Position numbers and translations under genes: made by a program
NCBI GenBank assembly: GCA_038877255.1
Contig: JAVYWZ010000001.1
Span: 7,661-71,660, forward strand
Direction: 5' to 3'
Source of the DNA: Candidatus Micrarchaeaceae archaeon
GTDB taxonomy: Archaea > Micrarchaeota > Micrarchaeia > Micrarchaeales > CABMGC01
Length of the DNA: 64,000 nucleotides
The notes under the pieces: model-generated
Seen by the model: only the letters and a program-made list of their open reading frames with translations
Database searches by the model: none
What the model was told of the DNA's origin: nothing
Shown here: positions 46,109 through 54,192 of the stretch, piece after piece
How positions within the stretch are numbered: the first letter of the stretch is position 1
Layout: each line of letters starts with the position of its first letter

Positions 46109-47089
46109 ATGAATGACATAAACACAAACACAAACGCAAATATAAATACAAATACAAATACAACCGACATAAAAAGGAAAGAAAAGGAAGATGCAAAATA
46201 CAGTTATAACTATGCAGAGTGGCGAGAAGCAGGCGCACTGTCATACAAGGCAATAAACTATGCCAAAACGCTGATAAAGCCTGGCGCCAAGATTCTCGAT
46301 GTTGCAAACGCAGTAGAGGCGTACGTACTTGAAAATGGGCAAAGGCCAGCGTTTCCCATAAACCTTTCAATAAACGAAGCCGCAGCGCACTACACGCCTG
46401 GGGCAAGCGACACTGCTGTTTTTACTGAAAAAGATCTAATAAAGGTTGATTTCGGCTCAAAGAAAGGCACAGGCGCAGGTGATTGCGCACTGACCATTGA
46501 CTTGTCTGACAAATATGCTAAGCTTGTAGAGGCAAGCGAGAAGGCTCTGCAAGAAGCAATAAGCATAGTAAAGGCGGGAAGGCGCGTCGATGAGATAGGA
46601 AAAGCAATAGAAGCTGTGGCAAAGTCATATGGCTTCTCGCCGATACGCAACCTTGGAGGCCATGGCATAACAGAAACAGATCTGCATGCATATATGTTCA
46701 TTCCGAACTATGACAACGGCGATGCCACAGAGCTCGAAGAGGGCCAGGTAGTTGCAATAGAGCCTTTCATGACCACAGGTGAAGGCTATGTGGTTGAGGG
46801 CACAACCATAGAGATATTGGCTAAAACAGCAGATACAAATCCGCGCTCACAAGCTGCAAGAAGGGCGCAGACCTTCATAAATGACAATTATGGCACGTAT
46901 CCATTTGCAATACGATGGCTCACAAAAGAGCTCGGCGAATTTGAAGCCAGAAGAGCGATAGCAGAGCTTTCAGCGCTTGGCGTTATAGAAGCGTATCCAG
47001 TACTGATTGAGCGCAGCAAGGGCATGGTAGCACAGTCAGAAGCAAGCCTAATAGTAACGACAGATTCGTGCGAAATAATTACGAAATAG
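46109..47089 (+). CDS. map: methionine aminopeptidase, type 2 (archaeal)
   Basis: 'PAFPINLSINEAAAHYTP', 'GGHGI', 'EPFMTTG'. Carries a ~32-aa N-terminal low-complexity extension and has no alternative in-frame ATG. Confidence 0.9.
   Translation: MNDINTNTNANINTNTNTTDIKRKEKEDAKYSYNYAEWREAGALSYKAINYAKTLIKPGAKILDVANAVEAYVLENGQRPAFPINLSINEAAAHYTPGASDTAVFTEKDLIKVDFGSKKGTGAGDCALTIDLSDKYAKLVEASEKALQEAISIVKAGRRVDEIGKAIEAVAKSYGFSPIRNLGGHGITETDLHAYMFIPNYDNGDATELEEGQVVAIEPFMTTGEGYVVEGTTIEILAKTADTNPRSQAARRAQTFINDNYGTYPFAIRWLTKELGEFEARRAIAELSALGVIEAYPVLIERSKGMVAQSEASLIVTTDSCEIITK
46121..46164 (+). repeat. imperfect hexanucleotide repeat (ACAAAY)n within the map 5' coding end
   Basis: 'aacacaaacacaaacgcaaatataaatacaaatacaaatacaac' encodes NTNTNANINTNTNT. 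Confidence 0.85.
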
Positions 47090-47112
47090 AACAAATTGAT
47101 GCGCTCTGCAGG

Positions 47113-47220
47113 CTCAGCGTCGGTGAAGCGAGAAATGTAAGGCTTGCAATAGCATACAGCACAACGCAGCGAACCAATCACGTGCTTTTGCTCTGCATTA
47201 CGCATGCAGAGTCAATGTGA
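47113..47220 (+). pseudogene. argS 3'-terminal fragment (~35 codons), non-functional remnant
   Basis: Translates to '..GEARNVRLAIAYSTTQRTNHVLLLCITHAESM*', against the true ArgRS C-terminus 'GEARNARLAIVYITMQTIANGMLLLGITPAESM*'. Similarity stops abruptly at 47112, 22 nt after the map stop. Confidence 0.85.
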
Positions 47221-47282
47221 AACATAAAACAAAAAAACAATTCATTAAACGCTTACAAAAGCAGCATTACTGATATATAAGA

Positions 47283-47299
47283 ATGTGCAGTCTGCACAT
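47283..47299 (-). terminator. perfect 8-bp hairpin abutting the surface-protein stop codon
   Basis: 'atgtgcag t ctgcacat'. On the mRNA it is followed by the U-rich 'uucuuauauau'. The equivalent sequence in repeat copy B is degenerate. Confidence 0.4.
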
Positions 47300-50200
47300 C
47301 ACGACACGCTGCCGAAGCTGACGCTTGGCATTACGCCATTTGGCGGGTAGGCACGGGTGCGGAGCCAATAAATATATTGTAACGATGAAGTACGAAGGTA
47401 ATATTCATATGTTGCAAAATTGAAACATGAAAGGGTCTCTGTTGTAGCTGTTGTTGTAGAATAGATACTTGTATAATTTATTAGCATACTTAATGAAGTA
47501 CCTGAAGCCATAGACATAGTGTATATTTTAGTGCCGTTTGTATCGTGATAACCTGTAGAAGCACTAAATTCCACACCATTATTGCCTAAATATATTAAAT
47601 TAGATGTTGTGTTACCTTCCGAAAACGAATATCCTGAAAAGTTGCTTGGCAATCCTTCAGAAGTTCCTATGTAGCTACCATTTAATTTAATTGCATCATA
47701 CATATTACCATATACATCCCATACTGTTGTAGTGCTTTTTAATGATGCTGGAAGCGTGCAAAGTAATAGCCCATCCCAGCCCGATGAATTTGATGCTATT
47801 TCTGTATATGTTGATGCAAATGTTACAGCTGTATTACCCATCCTGCTCCAGTTTGAAGGAAGCCCATGTCCATTTAATCCTCCCCATCTTTGATAATATG
47901 TGAACACGCTTGCCCCATCATCGTATTGGGCGTAGGTGCTTGAGAGCTGCGGGGCTTCCCCTATGCCAGTTGTGCCTGAGCTTGATAAGAGGTTTGTGGT
48001 CTTTGAGGCAAAGCCGAGATAGAAGCTTGTAGTTGTGTTCTTAATCTTTACCCATGTGATAAGCTTGCCTGAGCTGTTGCTTTCAATCCAAGCAGGTATT
48101 ATCGTGCCATTCGCATAAAAGTATTCAAAGTTTGCGAAATTGTTGTTATACGCAATATATGAAGAATATGTGCTTTCTGTAATATTAACCATTTGCTGAA
48201 CGTATGCGCCGTGTCCAACATTCCATGAGGTTGAAAGGCTCAATTGCGTATATGTGGTTATACCTGAAGGTAAAGGTAAAGATCTTACAGTTAAACTTTG
48301 TGGTGTGCTGTTTTTGCCTGCTGTTATATCATTAGCGTAATAGCTGCTGTATGTGCCTGCTGCTAAAGCTCCTGCTGAATATGTATAGGTTGCGCTTCCT
48401 GTGCCTGTGGCTATGGCTGTGCCTAAGCTTGGGTAGTCTATTGCGCAGCTATCTGTGCTTGGGGTGCAGGTGGCTGTAATGGTTATGGCTGAGCCATAAG
48501 CAGCCGGGTTAGGGGAAATGGTGAGCGTAGGAATACCTTGCATACCACCGAAGCTGACGCTTGGCATTACGCCATTTGGCGGGTAGGCACGGACACGAAC
48601 CCAATATACATTTATAGGATAAGTTGTTGAAACTAAAGATTGAGCTGGGCTAAGCCAATTTGAAATTGTAATATATAAAGGAGTAGTAGGCACATATGTG
48701 GTAGTTGAAGCATAAGATGTAGTTTCACTGTTATACGCTACATAGAATTCAGAAGAGGTATACCAAACACCAAATATGTTATAATTTGAATTTGGCGAAA
48801 TATAATTACTTTTGACAAAACCATTATAATTTGATGCTGTTGTAGTTTCGGCATCTACTCCGTTAACCTGAAATGCATCTCCTACCCATCCACCACCTAT
48901 TTCATTCTCTGAATTATCTGCATGCCAAGCTTCTGAATTAGATGCTGTTACACTTAATGGAACAATTCTAAAATTGGTAGTATAAAATGAATTTAAATTT
49001 GCATAGCTTTCTATTATCTGATTTCCTGTTATTTCAAAAGAATTACTTGATATGTATGTGTAAGAGCCAGTAGCGGCGCTATATGGTATTGTTTCCGTTA
49101 AACCATTATTAATTGAAATTGTTCCTCCCGAGCTCCCACTATTCCATTTGGTTGTATTCAATGTCGTTCCAGCAAAGTTATCGTAGAAGTTGAACACGCT
49201 TGCCCCGTTATCGTATTCTGCGTAGGTGCTTGAGAGCTGTGGCGCTTCTCCAGTGGGTCCAGACGCTGACATGACATTGCTTGGCATGAAGTCCATGTAA
49301 ATAGTGATGCTGCTGCTGGCGCCTATGCCGTTAGGCAGGTTTATCCATACGATAGTATGCGTTGCCGTATTGCTGGCATTTGATTCTACCCATGCCTGCA
49401 GCGCTGTACCTGTGCCGTCGCTTCCTGTCGTAAATTCCACATTGCTCCACTGAGAATTAATGTAAGAGGAATAGGTACTGCTATTTACAACAACCATCTG
49501 CTGGAACGGCGCTGGCGTTGCTGTGCTCTGCGAATTCGTAAGTGTTATTGGCACGTAGTAGATGGTTGTGGTTGAGGTAGTGGATGTTGTCGAGGTCGAT
49601 GTCGTTGACGTTGTTGAAGTCGTTGAAGTCGATGTCGTCGATGTCGTTGAGGTAGAGGACGTTGTCGAAGTTGATGATGTTGAGGTAGAGGATGTTGAAG
49701 ATGTTGAAGATGTTGACGTTGTTGAAGTGATAGTGACAAACACTGCCATTATTGACCCGTTTCCAGACGATGAAAACGCAGTGCTCTGCGAAGACGTACT
49801 TTCGATTGAAACATTATGCGATACGCTCCAAGAGCCAAAGTCATATGTGCTGTTTGGCTGCGCAAAAATGGAATAGCTTACAGTATATAGCGTAATTACA
49901 TTGGCCCCGTTTCCATATGGCGTGCCATCCAACTTGATCTTGCCGATATTGCTCGGGCTCGTTTCAAGTGTTATGCGGTCGAAAACAGGTCTTTGCGGCG
50001 AAACCGTAGCGGTAGCAGCGCCGCTAAAATTGTAAGGCGTGCACTTTCCATCTGTACAAAGTTCATACGTTGCTGCAAAATTTACGTTTGATTGGGTGCC
50101 TATGCTTCTAAAAAGACCAGTTGCTGTGGCGTTGCAAACAATTAGAGAATAGGGCTTTGCAACATAAGGAGTGCATGTTCCTGTAAAGCCAGTCGTATTG

Positions 50201-50472
50201 TAATAGGGGAATAAGCTGAAGGAGTTTGCTGTAAAGCTTATATTTACGTTCATATAGTTGCTAAAAACAACAACGCCTTTAAGCCCTGATGCGTTTTCCA
50301 TAAGCAAGAAATCCTCGCACGGGAATGTTGGCGAAATGTAACATGAAGCAGGCGCATACGCGCTTATTCCCTTTGAAGAAACAAGAATCAAAATCACGCT
50401 TACAAATATTGCTATTATTATAAACGACCAGCCATATGTCGTAAGAAATTCAATTGCAGACTGTTCCCGCAT
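47299..50472 (-). CDS. giant surface protein with class-III (type IV pilin-like) signal peptide, Ser/Thr linker and two DUF2341/LamG-like modules (1057 aa)
   Basis: 'MREQSAIEFLTTYGWSFIIIAIFVSVILIL' at the M20 start (50472), which avoids overlap with trm5. A 56-aa S/T tract. Two modules of 'YY(V)PITLTN...VEF...AWVES...IVWINLP' type, each followed by 'GEAPQLSSTYA(E/Q)YD(N/D)GASVF' and ending in 'YPPNGVMPSVSFG'. Confidence 0.8.
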   Translation of the reverse strand: MREQSAIEFLTTYGWSFIIIAIFVSVILILVSSKGISAYAPASCYISPTFPCEDFLLMENASGLKGVVVFSNYMNVNISFTANSFSLFPYYNTTGFTGTCTPYVAKPYSLIVCNATATGLFRSIGTQSNVNFAATYELCTDGKCTPYNFSGAATATVSPQRPVFDRITLETSPSNIGKIKLDGTPYGNGANVITLYTVSYSIFAQPNSTYDFGSWSVSHNVSIESTSSQSTAFSSSGNGSIMAVFVTITSTTSTSSTSSTSSTSTSSTSTTSSTSTTSTTSTSTTSTTSTTSTSTTSTTSTTTIYYVPITLTNSQSTATPAPFQQMVVVNSSTYSSYINSQWSNVEFTTGSDGTGTALQAWVESNASNTATHTIVWINLPNGIGASSSITIYMDFMPSNVMSASGPTGEAPQLSSTYAEYDNGASVFNFYDNFAGTTLNTTKWNSGSSGGTISINNGLTETIPYSAATGSYTYISSNSFEITGNQIIESYANLNSFYTTNFRIVPLSVTASNSEAWHADNSENEIGGGWVGDAFQVNGVDAETTTASNYNGFVKSNYISPNSNYNIFGVWYTSSEFYVAYNSETTSYASTTTYVPTTPLYITISNWLSPAQSLVSTTYPINVYWVRVRAYPPNGVMPSVSFGGMQGIPTLTISPNPAAYGSAITITATCTPSTDSCAIDYPSLGTAIATGTGSATYTYSAGALAAGTYSSYYANDITAGKNSTPQSLTVRSLPLPSGITTYTQLSLSTSWNVGHGAYVQQMVNITESTYSSYIAYNNNFANFEYFYANGTIIPAWIESNSSGKLITWVKIKNTTTSFYLGFASKTTNLLSSSGTTGIGEAPQLSSTYAQYDDGASVFTYYQRWGGLNGHGLPSNWSRMGNTAVTFASTYTEIASNSSGWDGLLLCTLPASLKSTTTVWDVYGNMYDAIKLNGSYIGTSEGLPSNFSGYSFSEGNTTSNLIYLGNNGVEFSASTGYHDTNGTKIYTMSMASGTSLSMLINYTSIYSTTTATTETLSCFNFATYEYYLRTSSLQYIYWLRTRAYPPNGVMPSVSFGSVS
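47312..47356. repeat. exact 45-bp direct repeat inside the surface-protein gene (copy 1)
   Basis: 'ccgaagctgacgcttggcattacgccatttggcgggtaggcacgg' is identical to 48548-48592. It encodes the module-terminal PPNGVMPSVSFG. Confidence 0.9.
48548..48592. repeat. exact 45-bp direct repeat (copy 2)
   Basis: Identical to 47312-47356. Confidence 0.9.
49564..49731 (-). repeat. Ser/Thr-coding tandem-repeat tract
   Basis: Encodes TITSTTSTSSTSSTSSTSTSSTSTTSSTSTTSTTSTSTTSTTSTTSTSTTSTTSTTT from reiterated 'gtcgatgtcgttga'-type units. Generates spurious antisense ORFs. Confidence 0.9.
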
Positions 50473-50485
50473 TGTCTCTATGTAC

Positions 50486-51547
50486 TTATGTAGCAACAAT
50501 TTTAAGTTTGTTGCCATTCTTGTGAGCACCCATGCTTCTTTTGCCTATTATTTCAAAGTCTACTACTATCTCTACTTCACTGGGCGAATACGGCCTTACT
50601 GTCCTCGAGAACAAGAACCTCGGCTCTGCGCCGTGCGAATTTAAAAACGCCTTTATGGCCTTCTTGCTCTCTTCAAGCGCGCTCTCCTTTTTGCCAAATG
50701 TGTAATAGTGCACAATGCATCTATTCTTTGCAGTTTCTAATGCCTGTTCTAAGAAGTCGTAGCTGCTCTTGGGCAGAGGCATCACTATCCTGTCAGCCCA
50801 GCCGGCAAAGCGCCTTGCCACTTTCTTAACATCGCCGTGCACCGCTGTTATTTTTGTTTTGTTTAGCCTTGCGTTTTCAAGCATGCTCGTGTAGGCGTAC
50901 TTGTTTAGCTCTATTGCTGCTACCTCTGCTCTTTTGTGCTTTGCAATCTCTATTGCAAAAGGCCCAACACCTGCAAACATTACAAGCACATGCTCCTGTT
51001 CTTTAACCTGCTCAGTTATTCTCTTTCGCTCGTACGCTAGCCTGGATGAGAAGAATGCTTTTCTTATGTCAAACACGAACGTGCAGCCATTTTCCTTGTA
51101 AGTTGCTATGTAATTTTTCTTTCCAAGCACATATGCATAATGTCTTTTTCTGTACTTGCCTTTTACCGCGCCTTTCTTCATAACTACTGTTTTTATGTTT
51201 TGGTTCGCCTTCATAACTGCTTTTGCAAGCTCCTTTGCGTGCTCGCTTTCGTTTATTATCGCTATATTGCCAAGCACATCATATGCCAGTGCTTCTTTTT
51301 CCTCTGTGCTGATTAAATCTTTCAGCCTTTTTCCCATTTTTCTTTTCTGCATGGCAAATTTTCCAATTACAGGCTTAGCAGCAAATTTATTCAGCATTTT
51401 TGCTGCTGCGGAGTCTAGGCGGAAGACAGGAATATATATAAATCTGCCTTTGCCAAATATTTTGTAATTTAGGTTAAGCAAGTTTCTTTGCCTCAAATAT
51501 CTTTTTGCCTTTTCAGCGTTTTCCTTTCTGACTTTTATGCCTAACAT
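50486..51547 (-). CDS. trm5: tRNA (guanine37-N1)-methyltransferase Trm5-like class I SAM methyltransferase
   Basis: 'VLVMFAGVGPFAIEIAK' SAM-binding motif and 'IVMPLPKS' (NLP-like motif). ATG at 51547. Confidence 0.8.
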   Translation of the reverse strand: MLGIKVRKENAEKAKRYLRQRNLLNLNYKIFGKGRFIYIPVFRLDSAAAKMLNKFAAKPVIGKFAMQKRKMGKRLKDLISTEEKEALAYDVLGNIAIINESEHAKELAKAVMKANQNIKTVVMKKGAVKGKYRKRHYAYVLGKKNYIATYKENGCTFVFDIRKAFFSSRLAYERKRITEQVKEQEHVLVMFAGVGPFAIEIAKHKRAEVAAIELNKYAYTSMLENARLNKTKITAVHGDVKKVARRFAGWADRIVMPLPKSSYDFLEQALETAKNRCIVHYYTFGKKESALEESKKAIKAFLNSHGAEPRFLFSRTVRPYSPSEVEIVVDFEIIGKRSMGAHKNGNKLKIVAT

Positions 51548-51623
51548 GCAACCATATTTAAATAATGAACATGATAAAATAAAATGAATAGCATATGCTG
51601 AATAGAGCATTGAAATATATTAT

Positions 51624-51654
51624 GTGTTGTGAAGTGTTGTGAATATGCTGTGAA
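51624..51654 (+). repeat. tandem decamer gtgttgtgaa x2 plus a degenerate third copy, in the spt5 leader
   Basis: 51624-51633 and 51634-51643 are identical, and 'gctgtgaa' follows at 51647-51654. The repeats lie between the TATA-like 'gaaatatatta' (~51612) and the spt5 ATG (51667). Confidence 0.7.
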
Positions 51655-51666
51655 TTGAGCGGTTTT

Positions 51667-52119
51667 ATGTACTTTGTTGTAAGGGTAACTTCAAGCCAGG
51701 AGCGCATCTCGGCAGATATACTGCAGAACAAGGTAGAGAAGACAAACCTGCCTGTGTATGCTATTGTAGTTTCAGAAGGGATGCGCGGCTATCTCATTGT
51801 TGAAGCACAGGACCTTAATACCATAAAGGACCTAGTCCAAGACGAACCACATATGAAAGGCGTGCTTTCAACCCCGCTGAGCAAAGAAGAGCTGGACAAG
51901 ATGATAGCTATAAAGAACGTAATACAGGAAATAGCAAGCGGCGACATAGTAGAATTCGTGTCTGGGCCATTCAAGGGCTACAAGGCAAAGGTAATTAAAT
52001 CAGAAAAAGGCAAAGAGGAGATAACAGTAGAGCTTATGGATGTTGCAGTGCCAATACCTGTAACAACTAAAGCCGGCGCTGCAAAGATAATAGAAAAAGC
52101 CGAGAAAGCAGGCAGTTGA
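51667..52119 (+). CDS. spt5: transcription elongation factor Spt5 (archaeal NusG)
   Basis: NGN domain 'MYFVVRVTSSQE...' and KOW motif 'GDIVEFVSGPFKGYKAKV'. Followed by L11, as usual. Confidence 0.9.
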   Translation: MYFVVRVTSSQERISADILQNKVEKTNLPVYAIVVSEGMRGYLIVEAQDLNTIKDLVQDEPHMKGVLSTPLSKEELDKMIAIKNVIQEIASGDIVEFVSGPFKGYKAKVIKSEKGKEEITVELMDVAVPIPVTTKAGAAKIIEKAEKAGS

Positions 52120-52120
52120 C

Positions 52121-52588
52121 ATGGCAGAAACAATAATAAACGGTTTGATAGAAGGAGGCAAAGCCACTACAGGGCCGCCATTCGGACCAGCGCTCGGTCC
52201 CCTTGGGGTAAACATAGGCAAGATAGTCGCTGAGATAAATGAAAAGACAAAGGAATTTGCAGGCATAAAGGTTCCTGTAAAAGTGTTTGTAAACTCCGAC
52301 AATAAAGAATACCGCATAGAAGTGGGCATGCCTCCTACAAGTGCGCTCATACTTAAAGAAATTGGCGCACAGAAAGGCGCAAAGTCGAAGGACGAAGCAA
52401 TAGGCAATCTCACTATTGAGCAGCTAAAGAGAGTCCTTGCAATCAAGTCTGACATGCTTTATGGAAAGTCAGACAAAGAAAAGCTCAAGCAGATAATAGG
52501 CACGTGCAAGAGCATGAACGTTACTGTTGAAGGCAGTGACGCAAAGATAGCGCTCAAGAAAATAAGCTCTGGCGAGCTTAAATTGTGA
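52121..52588 (+). CDS. rpl11: 50S ribosomal protein L11 (uL11)
   Basis: 'GGKATTGPPFGPALGPLGVNIGKIV'. Confidence 0.95.
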   Translation: MAETIINGLIEGGKATTGPPFGPALGPLGVNIGKIVAEINEKTKEFAGIKVPVKVFVNSDNKEYRIEVGMPPTSALILKEIGAQKGAKSKDEAIGNLTIEQLKRVLAIKSDMLYGKSDKEKLKQIIGTCKSMNVTVEGSDAKIALKKISSGELKL

Positions 52589-52659
52589 TAGATACTGCGC
52601 AGATATTGCGCTTTTGAACACAGGTGCTTTTCATAGAGCTCACAGGCAATAACCTGCTA

Positions 52660-53286
52660 ATGGTTTATTCTTTGCTCCGTGCTCATTTTGGTTTTCTGAA
52701 CTGGTGGCCCGCAAGCACAGAGGACGAGATGCTGATAGGTGCAATCCTTGCGCAAAATACCAGCTGGAGGAATGTAGAGAAGGCAATAGCCGAGCTGAAG
52801 CGTAGGCGCCTGTTGCGCCTAAATGCAATATCAAAGGCAAACACGCGATCATTGGCAAATGCAATACGCTCTAGTGGCTTTTACAAACAAAAAGCAAAAA
52901 GGCTTAATTTATTTGCAAAATTCGTAATGCGCCAAGGCTCGTTCAAGGGGTTCTTAGCGCGCAATAGCGACGCAAGGCAGACGCTGCTTAGCATAAGCGG
53001 AATAGGAAGAGAAACAGCAGATTCTATGCTGCTTTATGCAGGCAACATGCCGTTTTTCGTTATAGATGCGTATACAAAACGCATAATGAACAGGGTATTT
53101 GGCACTGAAATTCTAGACTATGATTCGCTCCAAGAGCAGATTTCTAGCCTCATTCCAAAAGATGTTGAGCTTTACAAGGATTTTCACGCGCAGTTCGTAG
53201 AGCTTGCAAAGAATTTCTGCAGGAAAAAGCCCATGTGTGATAAATGCCCTTTGCGCAACGTCTGCAAGTTCAACACACATTTATAA
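52660..53286 (+). CDS. endonuclease III-related HhH-GPD DNA glycosylase with Fe-S cluster
   Basis: 'ILAQNTSWRNVEKA', the HhH 'LLSISGIGRETADSMLLYA', 'VIDAYTKRI', and the C-terminal 'CRKKPMCDKCPLRNVC'. Confidence 0.8.
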   Translation: MVYSLLRAHFGFLNWWPASTEDEMLIGAILAQNTSWRNVEKAIAELKRRRLLRLNAISKANTRSLANAIRSSGFYKQKAKRLNLFAKFVMRQGSFKGFLARNSDARQTLLSISGIGRETADSMLLYAGNMPFFVIDAYTKRIMNRVFGTEILDYDSLQEQISSLIPKDVELYKDFHAQFVELAKNFCRKKPMCDKCPLRNVCKFNTHL

Positions 53287-53314
53287 GTCTTCTTTCTGTA
53301 TCTGTTTCGTTTGC

Positions 53315-53944
53315 ATGCAGTTCCTAAAAGGATTTTTTCAGGGTGGCGAGGAAAGCATATTGCGCAGGTACAATACAATAATAGACTTGGCGCTTAAAGC
53401 AAACAAGGAAGTCGCGCTTGTGCAACGCACAAAAGACATTTCAAAAGTGCGCGCAATAGAAAAGAATTCTGACGAAGTAGTTTTTACAATATCCAGCATG
53501 ATAACTACAGGCGGCATAGCGCCTAACCTTATCGATAATTTGCTCCAATTGGCAGATCTGGAAGACAGCATAGTCGATTCAATATACAACCTTGCAAGAG
53601 AGCTTATAAGGTATTCTATAAAGGAAACAAGGGCGCGCAGTGTGCTTGAGGAATCATTTTCAAAAATGAATGGCTTTGCAGCCCAAGCACTCACACTTCT
53701 TCATAAGATGCAGGAGAGCGACAGCATTGGCGATATAAAAGAAATACGCCATTCAATAGAGCACATAGAAGAGGCAGGCGATGAGATAAAAGATTCGCTT
53801 TTCGATTTCGCATACGGCTCCAAAATAAACTTCAAGACCTTTTATCACATTTTTGAGGTTGCACACCTGCTTGACGATGTGCTCGACAACTGCGAGGACT
53901 CGTCAGACATGTATCTTACGATTATCACTTCTGTTTTGACGTAA
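53315..53944 (+). CDS. DUF47 / PhoU-like phosphate-transport accessory protein
   Basis: 'IEKNSDEVVFTI' and 'LADLEDSIVDSIYNLA' fit the two-repeat DUF47 pattern (lE.eaD / lDdi.D). Lies upstream of a PiT-like gene. ATG at 53315. Confidence 0.65.
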   Translation: MQFLKGFFQGGEESILRRYNTIIDLALKANKEVALVQRTKDISKVRAIEKNSDEVVFTISSMITTGGIAPNLIDNLLQLADLEDSIVDSIYNLARELIRYSIKETRARSVLEESFSKMNGFAAQALTLLHKMQESDSIGDIKEIRHSIEHIEEAGDEIKDSLFDFAYGSKINFKTFYHIFEVAHLLDDVLDNCEDSSDMYLTIITSVLT

Positions 53945-54192
53945 ACTGCCTATCCATGAATGGTGTGGGCTTTCCATAAGTTGATGAAACATGTTGCACA
54001 GCAACACTCTTTTCAACAACCACATCTGGAAGCAAATGGTCGTTTACAAGACCACTCCTATTGGAAATCTGGAAGGTTTTATGGTTAGTAATATCCTTCC
54101 GCTCCAAGAGGGATTTCACTTTATCAACTACACATATATATTTACAAAGATTTATAGTACTCTCGCTCGACAATTCATCACACCGCTAAAGC

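Larger units (their letters stand above)
47112..47312. repeat. inverted repeat, copy A (~201 bp)
   Basis: The reverse complement of 55198-55405 aligns along the whole length. By eye, identity is roughly 80-90%, with a 3-nt and a 7-nt indel. Content: an argS-like 3' coding fragment, a spacer, and the last 14 nt of the surface-protein gene. Confidence 0.9.

Noticed and set aside
49545-49876. Antisense or alternative-frame ORFs with striking repeats (DVVEV..., QHLQH...)
   Set aside because: These are mirror-image products of the Ser/Thr-coding tandem repeat inside the long, well-supported surface-protein ORF.
53925-54173. 82-codon minus-strand ORF in the DUF47/PiT gap as a CDS
   Set aside because: It has no recognisable motif, overlaps the DUF47 stop, and is isolated against the local gene direction. 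It is kept only as a note within the spacer finding.
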